A DNA stretch of 64,000 bases, from assembly GCA_002269645.1 (NCBI GenBank), contig NIVC01003232.1, positions 18,545 through 82,544 on the forward strand, read 5' to 3'. The stretch's first letter is position 1. Each line of letters begins with the position of its first letter. The notes beneath the pieces were generated by a model. That model was not told the origin of the DNA, made no database searches, and saw nothing but the letters and a program-made list of their open reading frames with translations. Of this stretch, positions 31,397 to 45,200 are shown piece by piece. The DNA is from Macrostomum lignano. Taxonomy: Eukaryota. The translations under genes and the position numbers were made by a program.

Positions 31397-32249
31397 CTAC
31401 ATGTAAGTCAAGTGGCATTGCGATGCTTTTTCAAGCATAAAAGTTTGAATGGAATGACTAAAATATACGAGATTCAATTAATTTATTCCAATAAAGAAAC
31501 TCGCCGCTTTAAAATAAACCAAAAAAGTTGTTTGTTTTACTTTCGTTTTTGCTCCGGGACTGTAAGTGTCAGAACTTTCCGGATGCCCCGCGTAATAGCA
31601 TTGATATGATATAGAAACTATTGTACTCGTAATGTAAGAGTATGAGAGGCTAAATTTCACAAATCTTCAATCACTTCCAATCCATTCAAAAATTGAAAAC
31701 CTCGGCCAACAGGAAGCCTATAGCTGTACTCACTGGAAAAGGAGTAGTTCGCAATTCAAAATGCTGGGACAGGTCCTCTTCCGTTCCTACGCTGACGAGA
31801 GCAGCCTGCTGTTTCCGCTTGGCTCGACGAAAGTCGAGCATGATTAAAAATTTTCTCGCCACCAGGCTACGCGGGCGCAAAGTTTTAGCGCGTTCTTTTA
31901 AGCCATGGTTTTAAACGGGCAGACGCCCCGGTTTTGTTGTTATAACCCAGCAGCAAGCTAGGTGTCACGATAAGCGGCTAAGAGCATGGCAGTAGCGTGC
32001 GATTGCTTTTGTACAAACAAATTCAACTTCAAGCTATAGTGTGAGTACATGCATATACTGGCTTCTGATCGAGAATCCTTAGCACAATATAGTAGAGCAT
32101 TAATAACGGCTGCGTCAGCCCGTAAAATATACCCCAGTTCCGCCACATATCGCTGTATGGCTTCCCGGCCCAATTACTCAAATTTGTCGTCTCGATCTGA
32201 GTACTGACTCTCCATAGGCCATATGGCTATAGCTACAGTTGGCAGCGGT

Positions 32250-33900
32250 TTGACAGTCGGGGGGTGCACAGCTGAGAACTTGGCCGCTAGCTCAGCCATG
32301 CAGTGTTCTGGCTGGCGTTGGACGTCTTATAAGCTTCCAAATTTGATTCGATGACGACTTCCAACGGCGCTTCTATATTTGGTAAGCTTAACAAAAACGC
32401 ACGCTCAAAATATTGTGGGAAGCTCGGGGTCAGTCAGCAGACAAAGGTACATACGTGCACTCTCAGCAACATGTCAAAGTTCCCACCCCGAAATCAGCTT
32501 GTTCAACTTTTCCCGGATCTCAGTCCACAATATCCCAGCTTAGGCTGGTGAGGAGAGAGCGGAGAGTTATGGCTAGGATTGGATAAAGTTGCCACTTAGT
32601 GTTGACATCGTCTGAGAAAGTTTACAGAGACGAGCTTATAGGCTTCTGCATGACCGTCGATATATACTCGTATATAGCAACAAATAAAAATGATTTGATA
32701 AAACGGAATCAACAATCATGCAGTGCACTCAGGATAAGACTGATTTTCGTGCCCCGGATTTTATTTGCATGAGTCTTATTGCAGATACATTGTACGGTTC
32801 CCAAAGGCGTATTCAGCATGCCAGTGAAGTATCAGACAGACAGACTTTAACTAAGGCTTACCAATTGGTTTACTTCTCCCTCGGAGATTTAGCCTCCTTT
32901 GGCTGCTCTAGCAAAGCTCAAGATCTCTTGAGGCCGCTCCGAGTCTGACATTTCAGCTCGGATTTTTCACTTAAATCTATACCCAATTTAAGTCGACCTT
33001 CAGCTCAAATCGGTTTTGTTGATGAGTTCAAGAAAGCTGGCGGGGTGAGGAGACCATGGAAGTCTCCTTGATGGCCCGAGGTTCAAGCCAGTTTTGCATT
33101 TAGTATGGCTAAGCTTCACGCTGCTAAAGAAGCGAAATCCTTTCTACACATAAATTTATAGCATGTCTATCTGCATCAGTTAATCTGATGAAGGTTACTG
33201 AGCTGTACAGGCCAGACTTCATCCTGATCCAGGAACCCTCATGGATGCGCAACCGGTAAGTTGCCCAACATTCCTTCTGGTTACTCTGATTTAATTGTGG
33301 CCCTGGAACAGGTGGCTCTACATCCTCTCGCTGCCAGCATCTCCAGGCTTGGCTGAGGACTGATCTCTGAGATGGAGATATGTCATCTATATATTTCAGA
33401 TGACAGGACCCTATATACCCGAGAGTCTGCTGCGCAGAATTCCAGAACGCTGAGCTTGGGGGCGACCTTAATGCAAACCATCCATAAGCACTAGCACTGG
33501 GGCAGCAAAGACACCAATGTAGAGGGGAGGAGACTCTGGCCCTCATCTCTAACACAAATCTCAAGCTCTACAACCGTGCAAGCATTCCTACCTTCAACAA
33601 TGGCAGATGGGCTGATGTTCTCGATGCCACACTCGTTACCTTGAGATCTTGACAGAGTTGAGGAGTGGAGAGTCTGATCTGAGGAGCCCTCCCTGTTTGA
33701 CGAATGCTTCATCGCCTTCAATATCGCGGACACTAAACCCCAGTCCTCGATCACTTGGAGGCGCGTAATATCTGCAACACCGATTGGGCGGCCTATAAGA
33801 CTACACCCTTTGAACTTCACTTGCAGGAACTCACGGAGGTATGTCCGATTGAGACCTGGGAAGATGTTAATTGGATCATACGGCTGAGACGCTGACAGGC
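32250..33900 (-). mobile_element. Highly decayed non-LTR retrotransposon RT (CR1/L2/Jockey-group-like)
   Basis: Across shifting frames: QSLLPSTLVSLL (QGSxLxPxLF-like), KYIDD (33382-33396), LGIDL and ALV...WEPY thumb-like motifs, with many stops. Confidence 0.55.
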
Positions 33901-33959
33901 TGTAGTAATGAAGCGGCCTGCCCTGTCCGTGCCTACAAAGGCAAGACCTTGCACCTCGG

Positions 33960-34140
33960 CGCCGTGGTACGTGGAACCCGGAGCTGGAGAAACTCAAGCG
34001 GAATGCCAAAAAAGCCTCGATCATTTTCCTTTCAGACAGTCAAGCTGCCTTGCACGCCATCATGGTGACTGCAGCGTAAACTCTGCTACAGTCCTCGACT
34101 GTATCAAACTCTTCCACATGTTGGGTTCTACCGACAAAAT
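33960..34140 (+). mobile_element. Internally deleted non-LTR fragment with an RNase H motif (I/R1/LOA-like)
   Basis: WNPELEKLKRNAKKA is joined directly to IIFLSDSQAALHAI, followed after a frameshift by VNSATVLDCIKLF. Confidence 0.5.
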
Positions 34141-34924
34141 TATCCATGATTACCCAAAATTACATAAAATCGTGGATCAGGACCCAGCACTGCACTACCT
34201 GCAGGCAATCCAGAGGCGCTGTTCCCAGCCCTCTCATCAGCTCCAGTGGCTCCTTTTGCGCCTCTCGCGAAGAGACATCTGGGCTGCCACCATGACCCTA
34301 GTTTTAGCTAATAAGCTAGACAGAGCTGTAATGAAGCCAACAGTAAACAACTTACTCCATCAGACCGTTACTAACATTCAGGTTTAACGAAAACCCAGAT
34401 TCAGTTGATTAACTTAGACTATATTGACTTGACACTTCATAATGCGCTCTCGGTTTAATCATAACCGCGGCTATAATGTATTTTCTAAAACGGAAATAGA
34501 CCCCCTTCTGTTTGTACGAAATATCCATCCAAGGCATGTTTAAGTAGTATAAAACGCATCCACGTCAAAGTAATTATCAAAAATAAACATTCCGAGTCTT
34601 CTTACAATAAAAGTTTGTAACTTATTTTGTATTTTCGGAATGTTAGTAGTCTTGTTTATGGTACCTAGTTTTGTTTACAGATTTTTAAAAGCGGCATTAT
34701 GCAGCTTATAAGTCAATAACATTGCCAGTTCAACCATTAGCTGGTGGTACCTAATCATGCTCGGTTAATCGTGTTACGCCAGTCGCCAAGACTCGTATAA
34801 CTTATACCTAGATAAAAATATATCTTTTAAAAATATTTTCATTCATATTCCAGACCTTGAAGGTCGAACAAAAAGCGAAACAGTTTTCGTCAAGCGTTTT
34901 AATAATGCGCCACAACGTCACAGG

Positions 34925-35668
34925 TTAATGCTTGGCGCAGTCTGGCTCGCCAGCGGTCTGAGATGGCGGAGCGTCCCAGCCCCAGTCAGGATGTATTCGA
35001 AAATGGCCGCAGTCGGAGCCGCTAGACAACGCAGTGCTAAAATGGGAGGCCCGACAATTGCCCCGGCTAGTGTCCGGATTAGGCGGCAGGTGGTGCCAGG
35101 TGGTGTGCATCCATCGGTTGGCCCGGGTGTCAGGCGACAGCAGACGAATATAACGCAGCTGCGAAGGCACGGACACAGGAGCTTGAGCGGCAGACTTCGG
35201 TGACACCGAAACGCCAGCAGCCGCCTGACAGCTATAATTCAGCAGTTAGAAATATAGAATCTAAATCTGCAGCAAGCCAACATATTGCATTGCAAACTAG
35301 TCAAGCTCAAACCACAGCTTACTCTTGTCGAGGCAATGATTTTACTCGCACTGGCTGCACTCTGGACGCCTTTGTATCAGATTTAATTTGGCCAGGCCTA
35401 ACGACTTTTGATGGCGACTGCTGTTTTGGTTGAGCAACTGCAAAATGTAGAAAGTGAGTACGTTTAACAAGTTTTAAAAAAATTAAAGACTTGGCAGTTC
35501 CGTGTTATAATCACCTGCAGGTTGAGTCTGCTCAATTGCGCCAAATTTTCGCCGGAAATCTTCGCGCAGTTGTTGTCGTCGGCGCTCAGTCTCGGCTGCC
35601 GGAGCCGGTGACGGCTGTCGCCAGCGCAGGAACACAGTAGAGTCGATCTCTGAGGAACAAGCTGCCAT
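34925..35668 (-). CDS. Orphan 191-aa protein, 3 exons: 35668-35515, 35437-35323, 35231-34925
   Basis: GCC-ATG-G start. Two short GT-AG introns (77 and 91 nt) with matching phases 1 and 2. Total 576 nt = 192 codons including TAA. Confidence 0.65.
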
Positions 35669-36368
35669 GGCTAATAGCGAGATGTTGCCCACTAAAGTCT
35701 AGCAAACGCTTAGACCGACACACTACTGTGCAAAACACCTTTCTCTCCTTTTATTCTTTTTGGGCAAACTCTGCACAGCGTTTGTCTACGAGACTGAGGT
35801 GAACTATACAGACTAGTAGCTGTCTGTCCAATTGGCGCAGTAAGAAAGAAAAATTGAGATGCTTGTGTGGCTCTTTGCGAGAAATGGCATGGGACGAGCG
35901 TGGCGCCGCTTTTTTCAGCCAAACTGTCTCAGTCACATCGCAATCTACTTGGATTTACTTGGGGTTGGAGTTGCAACCCCAAGTAATTGTGTAATCTGTG
36001 CACTTTTAACCAAACTTGAGACTGGCAGGCACCAATGCATAGCCACACCCAGCATGCTATTTGGTCTGCTTCTTAGCATGAAAAGGAAAAATGCATTTTA
36101 AAAGACTCTGTCTAGCTATCCTCTGTAACTAGCCACTTAAACAGCTCTTAAGCTGCATCTTTTATAATACCTGTTCTCTATCCAATGAAACTTAAGACAC
36201 TGCATATAAATGATTGAAGCCTTTGTGTTTATACTTGTAGCATAGGCATTTATGCTTAGGGATTAAATATGGTAGAAATAAAAACAAAAAAGTCATAGAA
36301 TCAGAATGAATACAAATTTAAAAGGCTTTTGGGTTTGTAAAAAATTAAGCTCTTATATCATTATAGAT

Positions 36369-39300
36369 CAGGGGTTGGCAAACTTTTTTACCTTGGGGCT
36401 AGAAAGAGAACCTAGCACCTAACTGCAGGCCAAAGGAAAAGAGAGGAGAGAAAAAAGAGAAAAGTGAAGATAGATAGGAGAAAGCAAAGGCAAGAGAATA
36501 AGATGCAAGAGGAGAAGAAGAGAGGAAAAACTTAAGAAAATGACTTTTTTTATAAATATATTATGTGGTTGGGATGATAGGGCTAAAATTAAGATAAACA
36601 TAGACCTAGCCATTCTTTTTATAGATTTATAGTACAAAATAAGACCCATTAATTTGAAATAGGTTGAATTATAGAACTGATACCATTTAGATTTAGATCT
36701 AGGTCTAATGTTTTTCAAAGTTAAAAAATAATCATAAGAAAAAATAGCTATAGTATATATATGCTATAGAAAGAGATTTAAATCTTTGGCTACATCAATA
36801 AATACCCAGTATTCATAAAAATATTTGGTTATAGCAAGCCTCTACTTTTGTATGCATAATTGGAGTCATGGGACTAGTAGTATAACCAAAAAAATTCCAA
36901 TGGGGGAAGGTGTATTTTAGAATTTAAAGACCCAGGGGTGGCTCTGCATTTTGGCAAAATTAGCTTGCCCCCCCTTTAGTTTTCTTTTTAGTTTACATCT
37001 GGGAGGGAGGCAACTACAAGTGTTAGTCATTTTATCTGCTAAGTAGATAAACATATTTCTATTTCTAAAACTGTTTGTCTATTGGGATATAAAGGTGGGA
37101 ACATGTAGTAAGATGGGAGATAGCCAACAATCTCTTTTTTGATATTGTTAAAATGCTGTAGGGGTTGGTCTTTTCAAATATAATAATCTACACTAGTTTA
37201 TAAATTTACCATTAGAAAGAAGGGTTTAAAGAGGGAGAGACATAGTATGCAACAATACTAGATTTGAAATGACACAGAAGATGTATTGCATATAAGAACT
37301 GTTGAATAAGAAAAATATTTTTGGATTTTTTCCTTTGAAAATTTTCAACAGTTTTGGTTTAACTAGTTTCTAATCAAGCTTATTTTTCCTTCTGTAGATA
37401 TATATATCTACAGAAAGAAAAATATATAATCAAATAGTTTGTTAAAATAATGAAGCCCATAGTATTTTAACAATATAATTCGAGTTGTTTTTAAGTGGCT
37501 ACCTACCCTATTCCCATGCTAGTGGTAGACTTAGGGAAAAAGGCATAAGGCATGCACCCATTAGATTAGAATTTTATATTTTTTATATAGAAAATACATA
37601 TTATCATATACATATGCACAATAGAGTATATATATGCTTTAGATTTTATACTAACGAATGGACTTTGATAATGGCCCTATGCAGTGACACAATTAGGCAG
37701 GAGGTAGTTGCTAGTTCTAGTTCATTTGTCTGCTGATAGTTTATCTGCTAAGTAGACAAAATGTCTTTTTCTTTGGAAACTATTTGTTTCTTGGGAAATA
37801 GGTGTAGCATGGGATAGGTACAGATCCAAAAATATTTGAATATGAGGAGGCATAGATTACTAAGGTATATATATATCAATAGATATATATCTTCAGCAGT
37901 TGAACAATATGCTACTAGAAACTAGTGTTTATTTGATCAAAATCATATAAAAATCTAATAAACAAAGGCCTAGGCTTAGGCTTAGAAATCATTTTTTAAT
38001 TTGACAGTAGGCCTAAGCCTAGTTATAGCATATTAAAGGCTTACAAATCAATGTAAGCCTTGATCAATTGTTATCATAACTTTTTAGATAATGAAAGTTT
38101 ACTAGAAACAAGCCCCTCCTCTAAGAAAACCAATCAAATTAAAAATCAAGTGATTCATGATTACTTGATAAGCTGACTTAAAAGACACTTTAAACAAAAA
38201 AAAACTTTTTTATTTAAGCCACAATTAAAATCAACAAAAATAGCTATCATATAAGATTGCCAAAAATTTTCAGAATAAATTTAGGTTTGTTTTGGGAATT
38301 TCACATAGAGCAACGGGGCTACATTACGATATGATAGCTATAGGCCTAGGGCTTGAAACAACAATTTGATAATAGGCCTAGATATTACCAAATGAATTTT
38401 GTTTGTCACCAAAATGACAATCAGCAAAATGACTATAATCCTTGCTTAGTTGTCAACATAGAACCAAACTGATGCAAATACATATATTTTTTATTAGGGC
38501 CTGGCCTAGCATAGGCTATCACATTAGCCAGTTAGCCTAGGCCTAGCCCTAGCATAATAAGTCTGTCATATAGAGCTTGGTAGGCTTATAGATTGATGTA
38601 AAATATTGATCTATTGTTTTTGTTCTGGTATATTTTTTTACTTTAGCATGATCGCTATTATGGCGCCGGCGTCTAGGCAGTTGGAACTTGGAAGGAATTC
38701 TAAGAACTTAGGGCTAGCCTTGACCTTAGAGGCTTAGGCTTAGCGCTTAGGTAGGTCCAATGCAATCCAACTGCTCAATTGTTAAAGCGCTACACAAGTA
38801 AAAATAACAAGAAAAAATATCTGTAAGGCATATAAACAACATCGCAAAAAGTATGAATTAGCTCTAGTAATTAGTATTATTATTATATATTAGGTTTGTG
38901 ATCGCATTGATGGCTGTAGATTATTGCCTAAATACGACGCGATACGAAAAGCATGTCATTTTCAATCATTCGTCTTTTGGAATCACTGCTGCAAAATATT
39001 AAACGTTAAAAGTCTAAGATAGTCTACTCGATTTATTTTGTTGGTTCTCTTTAATAAAAAAAAGTTTTCAAAAGCATATTTTTAACACAATTTAGTTTTA
39101 CCTCGAAGGCGATAAAATGTTTAGAACTCTACTCGTCAATTATTACGATTTCAATATTTTTCTTGTCGGTAATCCATTTATAAATTCCATCTGCTATATT
39201 AAATTCTAATCCTGTGGCTTAAGCAAATATTGTCTGCAAATTTTCACCAAGTTTTAGATTAAGAGAATTAAGAAGAGCTTATTTTGCAATGAAGAATTTC

Positions 39301-41980
39301 TAACCACAATGCACGATGAGCAACTTGTTTGAGAGCATCTCTACAAGGTAAGTTTACACAATAGGCCCTAGCAGTGCTGAGTTCAAAGAAATTAAACAAT
39401 TCAGTGAATTCACTGCAATAATTCGCAGTTTGTAGGAATACTGTCGATTTCTTTTTAATGATCACTTACTCTTAAAAGCGAATCATTGTGATTAAGTTAA
39501 CATGAGTAGGCCTAATGTATCTCATTAATTTCATTGACATTTTTTTTATTATGCATTTTTTGCCCTTGATTATCATAATTTTAGTACTTTAATTTGCTTT
39601 TAAGGTCTTATTTTAAAGATAATGCCTAAATTAAATGTTTTTTTTATAAATACTTTGTAAAGTAGCAAGTCAATTTGCCAAAAGTCAATTTGCTAAAAGC
39701 AGGTTGTTTTGCCAAAAGAAATAAATACAATAAACAATTAAAAAAGTATAATAATTAATGTTAAAATGCAAAACATTTAAATCAATCAATTACCCTATCC
39801 ATAAACAAATAAATAAAGTAAAATATAGAATGTTAAATGTTACAATATAAAACCATTTATGTTTTACAAATAAAGCAATAAAATATGTGTATATTGTGGC
39901 TTACTATTTAATCAATAGCCTACAAATTTCAAGGATTTGCTACTTTATCATATTAATATACTAAACAATTCATCATTGTAGGCCTATATTAATTCAATAT
40001 TGATTAATGATTTATTGAATAAAAGAAAAGTAAAAGGCCTAATAAATATTTTGTAATAGTATATGGCTTATTTATTTAAAAATGTCTTTCTTAAGAAGAA
40101 AAAGTTTCTTTTGATATATATTGGCTTAACTATTATATAGCATTTATGTAGCAGTTGTTGCACAAAAAAATTGTAAATATTATAAATATTTTTTATAAAG
40201 TTAAGTGTATTAACAAAAAGTGTTTTGTAATTGTAATCAATAAAAAATTCTCAATAGTAACAGCTAAAAAATCAAACTCACAACCTTATACACTTGACCC
40301 CAAGTATTATACCATAATGCTAGAAAAAACTTGTTAGTATTATTGCTAAATCACTATTGGAATCTATGGGTATAAATTGTTTTAAAAATGTTATTTCTAA
40401 TATTTTAATGACAAAAAATAACAATCAATGACAAGTTGCTTTTATGATAGACATTTCACTATTGGTAAAAATGGAAAATTTAGTGAGTTAGTTATTTTAG
40501 TGACAATAAGTACTTTATAATATTAATTTGTAAAAAAATTAAAATACATTTTATATATTTCAATATTTTATCATAAAAATAAAAAGATTACAAGATCTTA
40601 TACTTTTAGAAAAATAATTCAAACTAGCCAATTATATAGTTCTGTTTTTGTATAAATCATTTTGAATTTGTCCCAAAATATTAAAATTTATATAGTAGAA
40701 AATTCTTCATGAAATTCTTCCTCTTCTTACTTTTTTGCCTTTTTCCTTTTTCTTTTCTTTTCCTATCTTATCTATCATCTTGTCTTTTCATTCCTTTCTT
40801 TTTTGTTCTCTTCTCTTTTTTTCTTTCCTTTTTTATTCTTTTCCCTTTCTCTTTTCTCTTTTTTTTCTCTTTTTCCCTTCACATTGTTTCACATTTCTTT
40901 TTCTTTCATCATTCCTTTCTCCCAATCTCTTTCTTCTCCCCTTTTCTGTCTTCTTCTTTTTTCCTTTTTAGATCTTTTCTTTCACCTCTTTTTCTTTTTC
41001 TCTCTTTTTTTCTTTTTTTCTCTTTAATTAAGTAGTATAAAAGTAACTAGTAGTAATGAAGCTAATCATATATCAAAATATACATTAGAATAAATTTCAA
41101 ATTTAAATCTGGGATTCAGGGTTTCAAAAGGTGCCATGCAACATGTGGAACTTTAATGGAAATTAGTGCAGTATAATAAACTAGTTGTGGGCCCAATTGT
41201 GTTCATATTATAACACTTTTATAAAAATAATAATAAAAATTAGTCCTGGGATTCAAGACCCTAAATCCCAGGACTAGAAATCCTAGGATTTGGGCCCAAT
41301 CCTGGGATTTTGGGATCCTGGGATTGCAATCCCTAATCTTTACCTTTTCCCTTTTTCCTTTCTTCTTTTTTCAACTCTTCTTTTGTCTTTCCTTTTTTTC
41401 TACTTTACTTTTTCCTTTTTACTTTCTATTCTCTTTCCTCTTTTCTCTCCTCTTTTTTATCTCCTTTTCTTTCTTGTCCTTTTCCTCTATTCTTATTCTT
41501 TCTTCTCTCTTCCTATTGTCTTTGATCTCACTCTTCTTTTCTTTCCTCTTCTTTTCTCCTATTGCATCTGTTGCCTCTTATCTGTTTGCTCACCTTTAAT
41601 CTTTTATTCGTTCTTCTTAAAGGTGATAAAATTGAGAGAATGAGAATGAGAGAATACAAGAAGGAATAAGAAAGAGAGAAAAATGGGAGTGAGAGAAGAG
41701 AGCAAAATGGGGAGATAGGAGAAATAAAAGTTAAGAGAAGCAAGAAAAAGGGAATAAGGTGAAAGCAAAAGAGTGTCAATTGAGGATAGGGGAGAAAAAA
41801 AATGTAAAGAGAAAAAAGGGTTAGGACAAAAACAGATGGTAAAGAAAAGTGAAGGCAAGAAGCTAGAAAAGAAGATAGAGAAAAAATTATAAAGACACAA
41901 ACCTTGTTAATTGTGAAATTTCAAAGGGCCTGGGGCTCGGCCAGATATAGGCTTTGTAGGCCAAAGTTTGCCAACCTCTA
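36369..41980. mobile_element. Inward-facing hAT/Charlie-like terminal sequences bounding a 5.6-kb AT-rich, low-complexity block
   Basis: CAGGGGTTGGCAAACTTT at 36369 and AAAGTTTGCCAACCTCTA at 41963-41980. Flanking 8-mers TTATAGAT and CTCTAGAG resemble the Charlie NTCTAGAN target but do not match each other. No transposase ORF. Confidence 0.4.
40710..41890. repeat. Polypyrimidine/polypurine low-complexity tracts (CT-rich 40710-41030 and 41340-41620, GA-rich 41630-41890)
   Basis: Composition. These explain the F/L/S-rich spurious ORFs. Confidence 0.85.
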
Positions 41981-42221
41981 CTCTAGAGTTTAAGAAACTA
42001 TTAGTAAACTGTTGATATGGCTTTTGGTCAGAAGGTTTTGGCCAATGCTGATTAATTTAAACCAGTGGCAGTATGATCATAAAGCCTGATCATTTATAAA
42101 TTGATCCAGGTTGATGTGCTCACTATTTTCTTTTGTATTAGTAACTTCAATTTTTTTAAATGATCTTCTAGCACCTAGTATATAACCATTTAAGTACTAA
42201 AGCTTATTTTCTTAATTTTAG

Positions 42222-45200
42222 ATCTGAATTGGAGATAGCTCCAACTGATCTGTACCATGATCAACGTGCATCATCGAGCAAGGCTTCAGCACCTGTTGTT
42301 ACCAACCGAAATGAAGACTCGCGTGTCTCAATCAATGACAAGCGTCCTGTCAAGAGAGATCTTCTGTCATTTATGTCTCAAAAGGTATTCATTCTACTGA
42401 TATATTTGTATATTTACTCTAGGCTTTAACATGCTTAGACCAATTAGTCAAAAAGGCAGTAAGAGCGTCTACCTTTCATCAAAAGGTTAATTTAAGAATA
42501 AGAACAAAATTATAAGTTTTCCTTCTTATCCAGTACTTCATTATTTGATAGATAATTAGATTTCCAGTTTATGAAACATCATATAGTCTTATTTTCCATC
42601 CGAACTGTAAGAATCGTCCAAAGACAAAAGATTGTGTTGATGTATTGACTTCCATGCATGTTTGTTACTAAGTGCTAATCTAATGTATAATATTTTTTTA
42701 ATAATTTGGGTTCTGCAATGTAAATTGGCCTGTGAATTACTAGGGACAGCCAAGGGTGGCAGTGATCGACTTTATGGCTTAATTATATGGATTCTCGGAA
42801 TTCCGTACAAAAATATCTTCAGAAAAAACTACCCGCTTTAATACTTTAGGTTATGGGAACGAGCTCAGTCGAACGTAAAGTTTCTGACGTCCACAATTCC
42901 GCCGTTCAAAGAAAGCTGAGTGGTGCAGAGGAGCTGGATCGTACTGATCACACTAGTCCTGCAGATACACAGTGTGAAAAACCAGATAACGACCACAACG
43001 TCTGTAACGCAGATTCTCATCCCTCTAGGGACGTTTTTGGCCAAGATGTGATTCACTTTTTGTCAGAGGAGTATGGAAGTACTTATCAGTCACAGCTTGA
43101 CATGTCAGCTATTATGAATACAACGCTTGCACAGCAAAAAGAATGTTTTGAGTCTCGCACTGTTTCGGGAAGTTCAGATTTAGCAGCAGTGCAAACCTCA
43201 CCGCCAGTAGCGCCAATCAGTCAAACTGAATCAACGACAGTTTTGCGAAACTGCGCTGGAGCTTCTGCAAGTGACTCGCATGTTGAAACTGATGAATTTT
43301 GTGCAGAAGACTCTGAGTCCAGTCTAGATGCACTCAATATCATCTCGGCGGTTGAAAGCTTCAGTTCGGCTATTGACCAGGAAACTGAAGATGGTGTTTC
43401 ATTCATGAAGAAACCGAAGACAACACTGAAACCTTCTAAAATTGAGTTTTCTGTGTCTCAGTCAACATCGACTTATCACAAGTGGAAATCGTCTGTTAGC
43501 GTTCCGGAAGAACTTGTGCGGAAGCTGCCTAAACCTGCTGTTCAGCCAAGGTTGCCCCCTGAACTGGCTCAAAGTCATTCGGGACCACACGTTCTGAAGT
43601 CAAGTCTGAACATCGATTTCAAGAAGCAAGCAACCACTAAGGCGGAACTGAGATTTAATTCATTGACTGTTGAAAAGCAAGATTGTCCATCAATCAGGGA
43701 AAACCCTCCTGATGAATCCAAACGCGAAAAGCCTCCAGTAAAGCTTGTCATTAAGACGCTCTCTCGTGAATCAAAGCCTCAAAGGGTTGTCATCGTCTCC
43801 TGCTCCAGTTCAGTTCGTCGAGAGACCACTAATCATTCAAATGATGACAGCGATTCAGACTCGTGTGGTCGAAATTCAACTAGCTATGGTGCTACACAAG
43901 CAAATCAAGGTGTATCGGCGCCTGTTTCACAATCTCAAGCCTCCACAGAAAAAAATTCCGGTTCTAGCACAACTAACCAAGGTGGCACGGAGCAATCACG
44001 CTCACTTTGCTTTTGTTCAATGCAGCCAGTTGTGAAAATTTCAGCAATTGATTCAATGGCTCCGCCACTTAGTGACAAAGTCTTATCATTTCGGAGCTCT
44101 GCACCATCAACTTGGGGTTCCTTGCAAGATTTATTTCATCGCGCTTGTATCGCTCAGCAGCCCTCGGGTAAGTCTCAGACTTCGGTCGCACTTAAAGCGC
44201 AGACTGCCACAGATAAAAAGACTAAGTCAATGCAAAGTACTCCCGCAGAGCTAAAGCGATTGTCAGATTCGACTGGCTTTTGCGCTTTTGCCAACATCCC
44301 TGACAAGCGCGAATCTACAAAGATTGCAGCTCTTTACCAGCACGCCCTTCTGGCTCAGAGTCAAATCCGTCAAAAAGACTGCTTGAGGCCGGATTCCTTG
44401 CTGGCAGATAATTTAACTGAAGTCCAGAAGTCTATGCCTCCTAAGTCTAAGTCAGCTGTCAGAAAAGAGACTTCGCGCATGCTAATTTCAAATGAAATAT
44501 TTTCGTCTAAAAAGCATTCAAACCGTATTCGACGTCAGATTCGTGACAAACGACGCTCCAAGTTTCGCCATTTGCGTGCTGTCCAAGGCTTTCAAGTTCA
44601 ACCACCAAAATTTGTTAACAAAGAGCCCAGAGCGCATAAACATATTAAACCAAAGCAGCTTGACCCTTTAGTCGCAGCCTCCTTCCGACGAGGAACTGAA
44701 GAGCCAACGGTAGACCACTTTGGCCGTTCTTCCCTGCATATTGCCATGGATACTACTGATGAGGCAACCCTAAATTTTGTTGTCAATGTTTACAAGGAAA
44801 ACGATGACCTCGACTGCAAGGATAATGAAGGTTTGACACCGCTAATGTTAGCATGCCGAAATGGTAACAGCAAAGCTGCATCGTTGCTGCTGTCTGCTGG
44901 TGCTTCAAGCAGCGAAACCTTTCCAGTATCAGGTAACACACTGCTCCACGAGGCTGTTTTGCAGTCGAATCTTCCTTTAGTTAAAAGTCTCGTTGACTTT
45001 GGTGCTGATCTCACGACCAAAAACGCAAAAGGTTTCTGTGCGATGGACTTGTCTACCTCTACAGAGATATCGGAGTTTCTAAGGCCAATTTCAGACTACT
45101 GTTTGCGTTATGAATCATCAAAGATTCGAATTATCCATTCTGAAAGAAAACTTCCAACGATTTATCTTTTAAGTTTGCTAGATGATCATGGGGTGAAAGG

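Noticed and set aside
34928-35433. Plus-strand ORFs 34928..35203 and 35200..35433
   Set aside because: Antisense to the spliced minus-strand model, which explains the GC-rich blocks and the intron boundaries.
40709-41900. F/L/S-rich ORFs that look like multi-pass membrane proteins
   Set aside because: They are translations of polypyrimidine tracts with no splice or codon support.
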